Shown in pieces: positions 49,583 through 59,341 of a DNA stretch of 64,000 nt (positions are counted from its first letter, which is position 1; each line of letters begins with the position of its first letter). This DNA is from an uncultured Methylomirabilota bacterium (GTDB lineage: Bacteria > Methylomirabilota > Methylomirabilia > Methylomirabilales > 2-02-FULL-66-22). The position numbers were made by a program, and so were the translations under genes. The notes under the pieces are model-generated. The model was not told where the DNA came from. It saw only the letters and a list, made by a program, of their open reading frames with translations, and made no database searches. The stretch spans positions 832,001 to 896,000 of the forward strand of contig CAWJSJ010000005.1 in the NCBI GenBank assembly GCA_963845565.1, written 5' to 3'.

Positions 49583-50071
49583 TTAAGCCGTGGCTCCTTC
49601 GGTGGAGCCGGTGCGGGTTTGCAGCCGACGCTTGTACGGCTCGTAGTCCGGGATGAGGCGTTCGTATTCATCGGCCATGAGAGGCGAGGAGATGATGAAA
49701 TCCGCGGACGCCCGGTTGCAGGCGATGGGAATGTTCCACACCACGGCAATCCGCAAGAGGGCTTTCACGTCCGGGTCGTGCGGCTGCGGCTCCAGCGGGT
49801 CCCAGAAGAAGATCAGGCAGTCCAGGTCTCCTTCCGCGATCTTCGCCCCGATCTGCTGGTCGCCTCCGAGCGGGCCGCTCTGCAGCTTGACGATCGGGCA
49901 CGTGAGCGTGCGTTCCAGCAAGGCGCCGGTGGTGCCGGTGGCGAAGAGTTCATGGTGCTCCAGCAGGTCCTTGTTGTAGGTGGCCCACTCCAGGAGGTCC
50001 CGCTTCATGTTGTCGTGCGCCACCACGGCGATCCGCTTCTGTCGGCCCATCGTCAACTGCTTGTGTGCCAT
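49583..50071 (-). CDS. mgsA: methylglyoxal synthase
   Basis: [33 protein letters not shown]. Confidence 0.97.
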   Translation of the reverse strand: MAHKQLTMGRQKRIAVVAHDNMKRDLLEWATYNKDLLEHHELFATGTTGALLERTLTCPIVKLQSGPLGGDQQIGAKIAEGDLDCLIFFWDPLEPQPHDPDVKALLRIAVVWNIPIACNRASADFIISSPLMADEYERLIPDYEPYKRRLQTRTGSTEGATA

Positions 50072-50113
50072 GCGTCTCGCCTCCGCTGCGTGAGACAGCC
50101 CCCGCGGGTCAGG

Positions 50114-50215
50114 TTAGGAGCCGTTACGAAATACCGTAAACGTTTCTTGGAATTTCGTTACGGCTCCTTATGGCGTTCCACAATATCTCCGGTCAAAAAA
50201 TCCTTTGACAACGGC
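50114..50215 (-). repeat. repeat family B, copy 3 (reverse strand)
   Basis: Reverse complement reads GCCGTTGTCAAAG...TAA-GGAGCCGTAACGAAAT...ATTTCGTAACGGCTCC-TAA; starts after the TAA of 50216..51334. Confidence 0.9.
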
Positions 50216-51334
50216 TTAGTCGAGCGCCTGGGCAAGGTCGTCGATCAGGTCGTCGGGGTGTTCCAGGCCGATCGAGGCGCGCAGCAGGTTCTGGGGTGTG
50301 CGGGTATCCGGTGGCTCGATCGAGGCGCGGTGCTCGATCAGGCTGTCGGGGCCGCCCAGACTGGTGGCGTGCGTGAACAGTCGGAGGTGGGAAGCGACCG
50401 TCAGGGCCTCTTCCTTGCCGCCGCGAACCTGGAAAGACAACATCCCGCCGAAGTCCTGCATCTGCGCGGCCGCCACGGCGTGGCCCGGGTGCGTCGTCAG
50501 CCCGGGGTAATGGACGATGTCGATCCGTGGATGGCGGGACAGGAATTCGGCCACCCGGCGCGCGTTCCCGCAATGGCCGCGCACGCGGTAGGGAAGCGTG
50601 CGGATACCGCGGAGGACCAGCCAGCAGTCGAAGGGAGATGCGACCGCCCCCCCCTGCTGCTGGATCAACCGGATGCGCTTGAAGAACTCGTCGTCGACCT
50701 TGGCCACCACCGCGCCGCTCAGGACGTCGCAGTGACCCGCCAGATACTTGGTGGTCGAATGCAGGACGAGATCGGCCCCCAGCTCGAAGGGGCGCTGGAG
50801 GACCGGGGACGCCCAGGTATTGTCCACCACGCAGCGCGCGCCGGCCGCGTGGGCCAGCGAGGCGAGACGCGCGATGTCGCTGATGCGGAGGAGGGGGTTC
50901 GACGGCGTCTCCACCCAGACCAGCTTGGTGGTGGCGCGCATGGCGCGGCCGACGTCGGCCGGATCGGTCATGTCGACGAAAGTGGTCTCCAGCCCCCAGG
51001 GGCCCAGGATGTCCCGCAGCAGGATGGTGGTCCCGTGATACGCGTCGATCGGCGCCAGCAGATGGTCCCCTGGGCGAAGCGCCTGGAGGATGCTCATCGT
51101 CGCGGCCGCGCCGGAGGCGAAGGCGGCGGCCGCTGCGCCCCCCTCGAGGGCGGCCAGGCACGCCTCCAGCGCTGTCCGGTTCGGATTCCCCAGCCGGGAG
51201 TAGAAGTAGCCCGTGGGCGCGGCGCCATCCACGGCCCGCTGATAGGTGGTGGACAGGACGATCGGGGCGGAAACCGCGCCGGTGGCGGGGTCCGCCGCGT
51301 GGCCCGCGTGGATCGCCAGGGTTTCGATTCTCAT
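50216..51334 (-). CDS. cystathionine gamma-synthase/lyase family PLP enzyme
   Basis: YSRLGNP, ETPSNP, VDNT, HSTTKYLAGH, SLGG..SL. Confidence 0.9.
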   Translation of the reverse strand: MRIETLAIHAGHAADPATGAVSAPIVLSTTYQRAVDGAAPTGYFYSRLGNPNRTALEACLAALEGGAAAAAFASGAAATMSILQALRPGDHLLAPIDAYHGTTILLRDILGPWGLETTFVDMTDPADVGRAMRATTKLVWVETPSNPLLRISDIARLASLAHAAGARCVVDNTWASPVLQRPFELGADLVLHSTTKYLAGHCDVLSGAVVAKVDDEFFKRIRLIQQQGGAVASPFDCWLVLRGIRTLPYRVRGHCGNARRVAEFLSRHPRIDIVHYPGLTTHPGHAVAAAQMQDFGGMLSFQVRGGKEEALTVASHLRLFTHATSLGGPDSLIEHRASIEPPDTRTPQNLLRASIGLEHPDDLIDDLAQALD

Positions 51335-51930
51335 GCGTGTGTTCCCCTCGTGGGCGACGACGCGCTTCCCGCATCGTCGGCGCCGTCGCCGCGAGGCGGG
51401 TCAACCCGGGCCGACCACTCCGTGTCCAGGATGCTCATCTGGACCAGGCTCCAATATTCCTCGCCGAATCGGCGCGCTTCCCGCAGGCACCCCTCTTTCA
51501 CGAAGCCCGCACTTTCATAGCACGCGATCGCCGATGCGTTGAAATCAAAAACGACCAGGTCAATGCGATGTAGCGTCAACCGCTCAAAGCCGATCTGCAG
51601 AATCCGTCGGACCATCTCCAGGCCGGCGCCCTGGCCACGCCGGCCGGCCTCCCCGATCAGGACGCGCGAGAGCGTGGCGGAGCGGTTGCGCCGATCGATC
51701 CGGGCGAGTTCGATATGGCCGACGGCGGTGGCCGTGTCACTCTCCACGGCCGTGAAGATCATGCGCGAGGGCGCCTCCCCCTCCGACTCCGCGAGATATG
51801 CATCAAGCTGCGCGGTATCCAGCGGAAACGTGAAGGCCGGCCCCGCCCACTGGAGCAGGAACTCCGCCGACGGGATCCAGGCGATCAGTCGGGCGAAATC
51901 GGCGCGCGCGAACGGGCGAAGCGCAATCAT
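51331..51930 (-). CDS. GNAT N-acetyltransferase (RimJ/RimL-like)
   Basis: QWAG..F.FPL, RGQG.G, L.VFDFN.SAI.CYE..GF..EG. Confidence 0.85.
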   Translation of the reverse strand: MIALRPFARADFARLIAWIPSAEFLLQWAGPAFTFPLDTAQLDAYLAESEGEAPSRMIFTAVESDTATAVGHIELARIDRRNRSATLSRVLIGEAGRRGQGAGLEMVRRILQIGFERLTLHRIDLVVFDFNASAIACYESAGFVKEGCLREARRFGEEYWSLVQMSILDTEWSARVDPPRGDGADDAGSASSPTRGTHA

Positions 51931-52889
51931 GGCTCGAAGGTGTACACAACCGGCGGCGTGGGCTTCTCGTTGACGGTCAGGTGAAACACGTCGGGGCGGG
52001 CGTAATGGCCGGCCACGTCGAAGTCGAACCGACTGCGCGGGATCTCGTCCAGGTCCAGATCGGCGACCAGGACGCCCTCCCCGTCGTAGAGCGGACCGGC
52101 GATGACCGCGCCCAGCGGCGACACGACGGCACTTCCGCCCCGACACAGGACCTCCGGTTGATCGGCCAGGTCCTCCACGCCTTCCAGGTCCGGCGGGTAC
52201 ATGGCGCGCGTGACGAACTGGTTGCAGCCGAGGACGAAGCAGCGGCCCTCGCAGGCGATGTGCCGGAGCGTCGCCTGCCAGGTGTCGCGGGCGTCGGCGG
52301 TCGGGGCCAGGTAGATGTCCACTCCCTTGCCATACATGGCCATGCGCGCCAGGGGCATGTAGTTTTCCCAGCAGATCAGCCCGCCCACCTTGCCGAATTC
52401 CGTCTCCACCACCGTCAGCGTGCTTCCGTCGCCCTCGCCCCAGATCAGCCGTTCCGCCGCGGTCGGCTTGAGCTTGCGATGCAGGCCCAGCAACCGCCCG
52501 TCGGGAGCGAAGTAAAGCAGCGTGCAATACAGCGTGCCCCGCGTGAAGTAGCTGTCCCGCTCGATGACGCCGACCGCCAGGTAGGCGCGCGCAGCCTGGG
52601 CCGCCTCCCCGAGCGCGTGCGTGGCCGGACCCGGCACGTCCACGGCGTTGTCCCAGTACGCCTGCCAGGTGCGGCGCCCCGCGGGAGTACGGCTGCCGAC
52701 CACGCTGCCGAACCCGAGGCCCCGCGGATACGCAGGAATGAACGCCTCGGGGAACAGGATCAGCCGGGCTCCCCGCGCCGCGGCCTCGGCGGTGAGGCGG
52801 CAGGTCTTCTCGACGGTTGCTTTTCGGTCGAAAAGCACTGGGGCGGCCTGTACGACGGCAACTCGCACGACGGACGCGTCACTGGCCAT
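51927..52889 (-). CDS. nitrilase / carbon-nitrogen hydrolase
   Basis: FPE, HRKLKPT..ER, ICWENYMP triad, FDVAGHYARPDVF. Confidence 0.92.
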   Translation of the reverse strand: MASDASVVRVAVVQAAPVLFDRKATVEKTCRLTAEAAARGARLILFPEAFIPAYPRGLGFGSVVGSRTPAGRRTWQAYWDNAVDVPGPATHALGEAAQAARAYLAVGVIERDSYFTRGTLYCTLLYFAPDGRLLGLHRKLKPTAAERLIWGEGDGSTLTVVETEFGKVGGLICWENYMPLARMAMYGKGVDIYLAPTADARDTWQATLRHIACEGRCFVLGCNQFVTRAMYPPDLEGVEDLADQPEVLCRGGSAVVSPLGAVIAGPLYDGEGVLVADLDLDEIPRSRFDFDVAGHYARPDVFHLTVNEKPTPPVVYTFEP

Positions 52890-53214
52890 GGGTCTCCTCC
52901 TGCGCGCCTGGCCAGGCGAGCATGGCTTGCAGCCACTCGCGAAGATGGTCGCGACAGGCCAGGACGTTGCAGTGCGATGGGGTCAATGGCGTCAACAAGA
53001 GGATCACGTCGGCGTCGGGGATGTCGAGAAGCGCCACGATGCCGATGGCTTCTCGTTCGCATTGATCCCTGGCCATCGCAAGCAACTGGATCGTTGACAG
53101 GCGATCGAGAAACTTTCGCCGCGCCCAGACGATGAGTTCGCCCACCGGGATCTGGCAGAAACACCGAGTCGGGGCCGGAATGATCTCTGTTGAGGCGACA
53201 GCCTCTCTGTTCAT
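52879..53214 (-). CDS. hypothetical protein with CxC and CxxxxC
   Basis: GAGG RBS; overlaps the nitrilase start region. Confidence 0.5.
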   Translation of the reverse strand: MNREAVASTEIIPAPTRCFCQIPVGELIVWARRKFLDRLSTIQLLAMARDQCEREAIGIVALLDIPDADVILLLTPLTPSHCNVLACRDHLREWLQAMLAWPGAQEETHGQ

Positions 53215-53261
53215 GCGCCTCTCCTTCCCCCGGGAATGCTCAGGGCCGGAGTGGGTCCGGT

Positions 53262-53769
53262 TCAGTCGGAGCCGTCACCGGGTTTGCCCAGGAAAACCCA
53301 CAGGCGCTTGGCGGCCCGCATGCACTCGGCGCGGTCGCGCAGGTGAGGCCGAGACGCCGGAACCACGCTCCCGGTGTGGAGGACGAGCTCCACCCGATAG
53401 ACGGGCTTCCCTTGGCGCTCCCGCTCCTTCGTCACGCGCACGTCCGCGACGGCGTCCGCCGGGTATTGCTCCACGGTGTGGCGGACCTGCCCGCGATGGG
53501 CGACCGTCACCGTGTGACGGGACGCGATCCACGACCAGGATGAACTGCGGTGCGCGCCAGCAGACCCAGGCGCCGGCCGCCACGGCGAGACCGCCGAGCA
53601 GCCCAAGAACGAGACGGGCCGAGGGCAGGAGCGATGCGTCTGGCGCCACCCACCCGAGCGCCACCGCAACCGCGAGCCCACCGGCCACCGCGACGAGACC
53701 TCCCCGCACCCAGCGCGAGCCGGGGGAATCCCGGATGAGAAGCCGGGTCGGTGTCTCCGTTATACGCAC
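53262..53769 (-). CDS. hypothetical two-TM membrane protein; frameshift ~53520
   Basis: N-terminus with 2 TM in ORF 53275..53769; YRVELVL..G C-terminus in ORF 53262..53681. Confidence 0.55.
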
Positions 53770-54044
53770 GGCGTCTCCCGCGTGCTCGCCGAGCGGACCG
53801 GGCCGGTTGCTCCCGCGTCAGGCGGCCAGCGGGCCAAGAGTGTGCGCCCGCGGGCACGCATGGCCGGCGTCCCGTCGACTATGGCCGCTTCGATGGTCGC
53901 TCGTGCCGCCGGGCGAAGGGCGGGGTCAACCGCGGCCAGGTCCGCCAAGGCTTGGAGGCGTCTCACCAGCGTCGAGGAGGAGGGGAGGTGCTTCATCAGT
54001 TTCGCCTCGGCAGCGAGGCGCGGATCACGGTTTCCGAAACACAA
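53760..54044 (-). CDS. short helical (HEAT-like) ORF, possibly a gene remnant
   Basis: S.LVR.LQALADLA ... TPAMRARGR. Confidence 0.35.
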   Translation of the reverse strand: MCFGNRDPRLAAEAKLMKHLPSSSTLVRRLQALADLAAVDPALRPAARATIEAAIVDGTPAMRARGRTLLARWPPDAGATGPVRSASTRETPCV

Positions 54045-54780
54045 ACACGCTGCCCAAATCCGAGGTCGCCGTGTACGGGGCCCGCTGAAAGTCGGCGAAG
54101 TGGCCGACCAGTTCGAACCCCTGCGCGCGGTGGAGACCCAGGTAGGTGTCCGTGCGGAGCGGGTAGAGCCACACGTCTCCTTCGAAGAGGGTGCGATCCC
54201 CCGCCACGAGACGGGTCAGGAAACGAACCCGGGTCTCCGACACATCGGAATAGTCGCGCAGGAACACCGCCTCGCCGGCCCCGAGCGTCCTGGGCCGAAA
54301 GGGATATGAGCCGTGAGTGAGGACATAGTCCCAGTTCACGACCTGGAAGGACCACAGACCGCCGGGCCGGAGGATCGTCCAGACCTCCGCGACGAAGCGG
54401 GTGAACTCGTCCTGGGTCAGATGGGGTGCGACGTTCCCGATACAGAAGACGAGGTCGAAGGGCGGGGGGAGGGTTCCGACGTCGCGGATGTCCGCGCAGT
54501 GAAAGGTTGGTCCCGGATACGTCCGACGGGCCACCTCGATCATGTGCGGGTCGAGGTCAACCCCCACGACTTGGAACCCATCCGCGACCAGCCGGCCGCA
54601 GTAGTGACCGGTGCCACAGCCGGCGTCGAGAATCCGGCTGGGCCCCGCCGGGATGTAGCTCTTCAAGAAAGCATAGACCTCGTCCCGGTACGGAAACACG
54701 GCCTCGTAGTATGCTGCGAAATCCGAGTAGAACCCCACGGCGCGCGCCTCCGGGTCGAGGGCGATACGGACGGAACTCAA
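54025..54780 (-). CDS. class I SAM-dependent methyltransferase
   Basis: ILDAGCGTG, GVDLD, FDLVFCIGN, LRPGG. Confidence 0.9.
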   Translation of the reverse strand: MSSVRIALDPEARAVGFYSDFAAYYEAVFPYRDEVYAFLKSYIPAGPSRILDAGCGTGHYCGRLVADGFQVVGVDLDPHMIEVARRTYPGPTFHCADIRDVGTLPPPFDLVFCIGNVAPHLTQDEFTRFVAEVWTILRPGGLWSFQVVNWDYVLTHGSYPFRPRTLGAGEAVFLRDYSDVSETRVRFLTRLVAGDRTLFEGDVWLYPLRTDTYLGLHRAQGFELVGHFADFQRAPYTATSDLGSVFVFRKP

Positions 54781-55877
54781 CAGGCGGAACGCCTGTGAAT
54801 ATACCCCATGGGCGGCGATTGTCCAATACTCGTCTGCGGGCGGTCGGGCGGGGGCGGGATGACCGGGGCGGCGATGCGAAAGAGCGGGAGTTGCTCCGGT
54901 TCGGTCTCGGTTTCATGCACCGGTGCCGGCATCTCGAAGTCTGCGTGGTCCGGAAATCCGTGCTTTCGCTTGAGGTCGCCGACCAGGGTGGCGATCCGCT
55001 CCTGGTAGGTGCGGTCCAGGAAGCCGGAGCGGGCAAAGCGAATCGCATAGCGCTTCGTGTGGTGCGGGAAATGTCGTTCCAGGAATGGAAAGAACGCCTG
55101 GTGCGCCGACGGCTTGAGGAAGAGCACGTTCCAGAAGAAGTGGGTCGCGCCATGCTCCCGGGCGGCGGCGATTACCGCCTCCAGGTTGGCGAGCGTGTCG
55201 GTGATGTCCGGCAGGATTGGGGAGACAGTGACCCCGGCGGTCAGGCCGGCCGCGCGCAAGACCCGCACGGCCTGTAGCCGCACCTCCGGCGCGGGGGCGA
55301 GGCACTCGAGAACACGGGCAAGCTGGCGGTCCATCGTGGTGACCGTCAGGTTGACGTGCACGCTGTTTCGAAGCGCGATCCGGCGCAAGAGATCGATGTC
55401 TCGAAGGACGAGGTCGCTCTTGGTCGTGATGGAGAGACGCAGGCCGCGGGCCTGGGTCATCACGTCGAGGAGGCTTCGGGTCACGCGAAAACGCCGTTCG
55501 GCCGGCTGATATGGGTCGGTGGCGGTCCCGAGAGCGACGCTCTGCCCCTTCAGGCGGCCGGCCATCAGTTCTCGCGCCAGCGTGCGCGCCGCGTCCTTCT
55601 TCACGAATATCTTTTCTTCGAAATCCTCCCATCGCGTGAATCCCATGAACTCGTGCGTGTAGCGCGCGTAGCAGTAGCGACACCCGAACTCGCACCCGCG
55701 GTACGGGTTGATCGTCCAGGTAAACGGCATGCGCTCGCTGGAGCAGCGGTTCAGGATCGAACGTGTGGCGATCTGCAGATACTCCGCGTTTCGCTTGGCG
55801 AGAAGCGAGCGCGCCTCGCGCGCCAGGCGCTCGATGCCCTTGGGTTCGGATGCGGGCTCCGACGACGGGAACGACAT
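54777..55877 (-). CDS. radical SAM protein, Rv2578c/PA0069 (SplB-like DNA repair) family
   Basis: INPYRGCEFGCRYCYAR, GTATDPYQP.E, ITTKS..V.RD; ATG 55877 with GAGG RBS. Confidence 0.9.
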   Translation of the reverse strand: MSFPSSEPASEPKGIERLAREARSLLAKRNAEYLQIATRSILNRCSSERMPFTWTINPYRGCEFGCRYCYARYTHEFMGFTRWEDFEEKIFVKKDAARTLARELMAGRLKGQSVALGTATDPYQPAERRFRVTRSLLDVMTQARGLRLSITTKSDLVLRDIDLLRRIALRNSVHVNLTVTTMDRQLARVLECLAPAPEVRLQAVRVLRAAGLTAGVTVSPILPDITDTLANLEAVIAAAREHGATHFFWNVLFLKPSAHQAFFPFLERHFPHHTKRYAIRFARSGFLDRTYQERIATLVGDLKRKHGFPDHADFEMPAPVHETETEPEQLPLFRIAAPVIPPPPDRPQTSIGQSPPMGYIHRRSAC

Positions 55878-56004
55878 GGCACACCTCGGTTCTGGCTTTC
55901 GACTGTTTACCCACAGCGCCGCCTCTTGCCGTGGTCCCCGGGCGATCCACACCCAGTCGACGCCCGCGGAGAGAAGGGTCGCGCTGCTGGCGGGACAATG
56001 AAGT

Positions 56005-56034
56005 ATGAATACCAAACACATGTTTGGTTGTCAA
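56005..56034 (-). promoter_or_regulatory. promoter with an overlapping palindromic operator (candidate LexA box)
   Basis: TTGACA (-35, 56034-56029) directly followed by the perfect palindrome ACCAAACA-N2-TGTTTGGT (56011-56028). Confidence 0.65.
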
Positions 56035-56166
56035 GTGAAACGCAAAACCCGCGCCCGCCGCTTGTCGCCAGGCGCAGCAGCGTGGTATCTTCCGCTCAGC
56101 GTTTTCCGGCGGTTCCCCTGACGCGCGACTCCAGGGAGGTATCCTGCGGCGCAAAGGAGGTTCCCT

Positions 56167-57357
56167 GTGGCAGGCGAAGGCGAAGTGGAGCACCTCAAGC
56201 GACAGGTGCAAGCCGAGATGGACCGACTGACGCCGGATCTGTTCGCCGTCAGTCGCTTCCTGCATGCGAATCCGGAACTGGCGTACGAGGAGCATCAGGC
56301 GGCCGAACTGCTCGCCGACGTCCTGGGGCAACATGGTTTCGCGGTGACGCGGGGCGTGGCCAATCTCCCCACCGCGTTCACGGGCGTGGCGGGATCGGGC
56401 GGGCCGCGGATTGCGTTCATGGCGGAGTATGACGCGCTCCCCGGTCTGGGGCATGCGTGCGGCCACAACCTGATCGGGACCGCCTCGCTCGGCGCCGCGC
56501 TGGCGGTGCGGTCCGTCCTGGATCGCACGGCGGGGACGGTGCTCCTGGTCGGGTGCCCGGCAGAAGAAACGGGCGGCGGGAAGATCGCGCTGGTCGAGGC
56601 GGGGGTCTTCGCCGGAACGGATGCCGCCATGCTGGTGCATCCCAGCAACCGGACGGAGATGGTGAAGCTGGCGCTGGGTATGCGCGAGCTGACGGTCGAA
56701 TTCTTCGGCAAGGCCAGCCACGCGGCGGCGGCCCCGGACCAGGGCGTCAACGCACTGGACGCGGTGGTGTTGGCGTACACCGGCATCGGCGTTCTGCGGC
56801 AGCAGGTGCGCTCCGATGCCCGGATCCACGGCATCGTCACGCACGGGGGGCAGGCCCCGAACATCATTCCGGAATACGCTGCCGCCCGTTTCTACGTCCG
56901 CGCCTTGGACCTAGCATACATGGACGAACTCTTCGGCCGCGTGGTGGCCTGCTGCGAGGCCGCGGCGCTGGCGACCGGTTGCCGCGTCCAGTTGACGCCG
57001 GGCGGCAAGGATTATCACCCCTACAAGCCGGTTTACGCTCTGGCCGACCTGTTCCAGCGCAACCTGGAATCGCTGGGCGAGATCGTGGACCAGGGACCCA
57101 TCGACCGGGAGCTGGGATCCACCGATGTCGGCAACGTGAGCCAGGTGGTCCCGACCATCCAGCCGATGATGCAGATCTGCCCGCGGGATGTTGCCTGCCA
57201 CATGACGGCGTTCGCCGAGGCGGCCGCCTCCGATGCCGGACACCGCGCCATGTTTGCGGCAGCCAAGGCGATGGCCATGACGGCGGTGGACCTCTTGACG
57301 GATTCCGGCGCCGTCGCGCGCGCCGCGGCCGAGTTCCGCGGCCAGGCCTCCCGCTGA
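56167..57357 (+). CDS. M20 family metallo-amidohydrolase/peptidase (ACY1L2-like)
   Basis: HANPEL.YEE, EYDALP..GHACGHN, PAEE.GGGK, HP, GSTD.GNVS. Confidence 0.9.
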   Translation: MAGEGEVEHLKRQVQAEMDRLTPDLFAVSRFLHANPELAYEEHQAAELLADVLGQHGFAVTRGVANLPTAFTGVAGSGGPRIAFMAEYDALPGLGHACGHNLIGTASLGAALAVRSVLDRTAGTVLLVGCPAEETGGGKIALVEAGVFAGTDAAMLVHPSNRTEMVKLALGMRELTVEFFGKASHAAAAPDQGVNALDAVVLAYTGIGVLRQQVRSDARIHGIVTHGGQAPNIIPEYAAARFYVRALDLAYMDELFGRVVACCEAAALATGCRVQLTPGGKDYHPYKPVYALADLFQRNLESLGEIVDQGPIDRELGSTDVGNVSQVVPTIQPMMQICPRDVACHMTAFAEAAASDAGHRAMFAAAKAMAMTAVDLLTDSGAVARAAAEFRGQASR

Positions 57358-57398
57358 GGCATGGGCGCGATGGGTCCCCTTCCGTTTCCGGCGGCCAG

Positions 57399-58577
57399 AT
57401 GAACGTCATCGGCCTGATGTCCGGCACCTCGGCCGACGGCGTGGACGCCGCCCTGGTTGACATCCGGTCAGGGAGCGGACGGCCGACCGTCCGCCTGCTC
57501 GCCTTCGAGACGTTTCCGTACCCCACCGGCCTGCGGGAGCGATTGCTGGCCACGGCCTCTGCCGGCAACACCGCGGACGTCTGCCATCTGAACGCCTATC
57601 TCGGCGAACTGTTCGCGGACGCGGCCGTCGAGATTGCCCGACGTGCCGGTCTCTCCCTGACCGCGGTGGACCTGATCGGCTCGCATGGGCAGACGATCCA
57701 CCACCTGCCGGCGCCGAAAGCCGAGGGGACGCACCGGGTGCGGTCCACGCTCCAGATCGGGGCCCCGGCCGTGATCGCCGAGCGGACGGGCGTCACCACC
57801 ATCGCGGATTTTCGGCCGCGGGACATGGCGGCGGGGGGAGAGGGCGCACCGCTGACGCCCCTCGTCCACCACGTCCTGTTCGCCCATCCGACGCGGGGAC
57901 GGGCGATCCTCAATCTGGGCGGGATCGCCAACGTCACGGTCCTTCCCGCCGGGGCAGACGCCGCCGCGGTCACCGGTTTCGACACCGGGCCGGCGAACGT
58001 GCTGCTGGACGAATTCGTCCGGACGACGGGCCTCGCCGCGTGCGGCTACGATGCCGGGGGGCGGCTGGCGGCCGCCGGGGCGCCGGTGCCGGACCTGCTG
58101 GCGGAGCTCTTGCAGCATCCCTTTGTCCGACGCACCCCGCCAAAATCCACGGGACGGGAGACCTTCGGCCCGGCCTTCGTGGCCGGGTTTCGGGAGCGGT
58201 TGAGGCAAGCGGGGGCAAGCGCGCTCGACGGTCTGGCGACCTTGACCGCCTTCACGGTGCAGGCAGTGGCCGAGAACCTCCGGTCGTTCGTTTTTCCGGT
58301 GACGAGCGTCGGAGAAGTCGTGGTGATGGGGGGCGGCGCGGAGAACGAGACGGTCATGCGAGGCCTCGCGGACGCGCTGCCGACATGCGCGGTGGTCCGG
58401 GCCGAAGCGGTGGGGATGTCCGGGCGGGCCGTGGAGGCGGTGGCGTTCGCCGTGCTCGCCTACCTGACCGCGGCCGGGCAGCCGGGCAATCTTCCCCGCG
58501 TGACCGGCGCGCGGGAATCCCGCGTCCTGGGCTGCATCGTGCCGGGGCGAGGTTTCCGGGGGTTGGCTCATGACTGA
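57399..58577 (+). CDS. anmK: anhydro-N-acetylmuramic acid kinase
   Basis: IGLMSGTSADGVD, GSHGQT, DFR..D.AAGGEGAPL, NLGGIAN, FDTGPAN, PKSTGRE.F. Confidence 0.95.
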   Translation: MNVIGLMSGTSADGVDAALVDIRSGSGRPTVRLLAFETFPYPTGLRERLLATASAGNTADVCHLNAYLGELFADAAVEIARRAGLSLTAVDLIGSHGQTIHHLPAPKAEGTHRVRSTLQIGAPAVIAERTGVTTIADFRPRDMAAGGEGAPLTPLVHHVLFAHPTRGRAILNLGGIANVTVLPAGADAAAVTGFDTGPANVLLDEFVRTTGLAACGYDAGGRLAAAGAPVPDLLAELLQHPFVRRTPPKSTGRETFGPAFVAGFRERLRQAGASALDGLATLTAFTVQAVAENLRSFVFPVTSVGEVVVMGGGAENETVMRGLADALPTCAVVRAEAVGMSGRAVEAVAFAVLAYLTAAGQPGNLPRVTGARESRVLGCIVPGRGFRGLAHD

Positions 58578-59314
58578 GGAGCGACGCTCGCCGTATTACG
58601 AAGCCGTCCTGCGACAACTCGACGCCGTCCGCGGTACCCAGGCCGAGTCCTTGGAGCGCGCGGCGCACGCCGTCTTTTCCAGTCTGCGCGCCGACGGCGT
58701 GCTCCACGTCTTCGGGAGCGGCCATTCCCACTCGTCTGGCCGAGGAGGCGTATCACCGGGCGGGCGGCCTGGTCCCGGTGAACGTGATCCAGGAAGTGTT
58801 CCTGACGCCGCTCACGCCCCCGCGGCTGAGCGGCCAACTGGAACGAGTGCCGGGCCTGGCCGCCCTCATCCTGGAGGGGCACGATCTGCGGGCCGGCGAG
58901 GTGCTGCTGGTCATCTCCAATTCGGGGATCAATGGCGTCCCCGTGGAGATGGCCCAGGAGGGAAAGCGCCGAGGTCTCACGGTGATTGCGCTCACCTCGC
59001 TCGCGCACTCCCGGTCGGTCCCGACACGCCACCTGGACGGCAAGCGCCTGTTCGAGGTGGCGGACATCGTGGTGGACACCTGCGGCGAGATCGGCGATGC
59101 GGCCGTCTCGTACCCTGGCCTGGCGGGGAAGGTGGCGCCCACCTCGCTGCTGGTGGGCAGCTTCATCATCAATTCCCTGGTGTGCCGGGTGGTCGAGCTG
59201 TTTCTGGCGGACGGTCTCACGCCTCCGGTATATTTGAGCGCCAATCTACCCGGGGGCGACGAGCACAACCGAGCCCTGGAAGCGAAGTACCGCGGGCGTA
59301 TCCGCGACCTGTGA
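58570..59314 (+). CDS. SIS-domain protein (UPF0309-like); frameshift ~58735
   Basis: VFGSGHSH, AEEAYHRAGGL, ERVPG, ISNSG.N, D....GDA, PVYLSAN. Confidence 0.85.
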
Positions 59315-59341
59315 AACAGTGAGACCTGGAAGGGGAAGGGA

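Noticed and set aside
2322..50215. Repeat families as CRISPR repeats
   Set aside because: The copies are dispersed singly, with no regular repeat-spacer array and no cas genes.
46063..55877. Possible integron cassette array (run of small unrelated co-oriented genes)
   Set aside because: No attC-like RYYYAAC...GTTRRRY hairpins between the genes, several genes overlap, and no intI is present; repeat family B does not fit attC architecture.
55903..55916. E. coli-type SOS box CTGT...ACAG upstream of the radical SAM gene
   Set aside because: The spacer is 6 nt rather than 8; the palindrome at 56011-56028 is the better operator candidate.
58570..59314. Calling the SIS gene next to anmK murQ
   Set aside because: It lacks MurQ signature motifs and the C-terminal helical domain, and matches the shorter UPF0309-like pattern.
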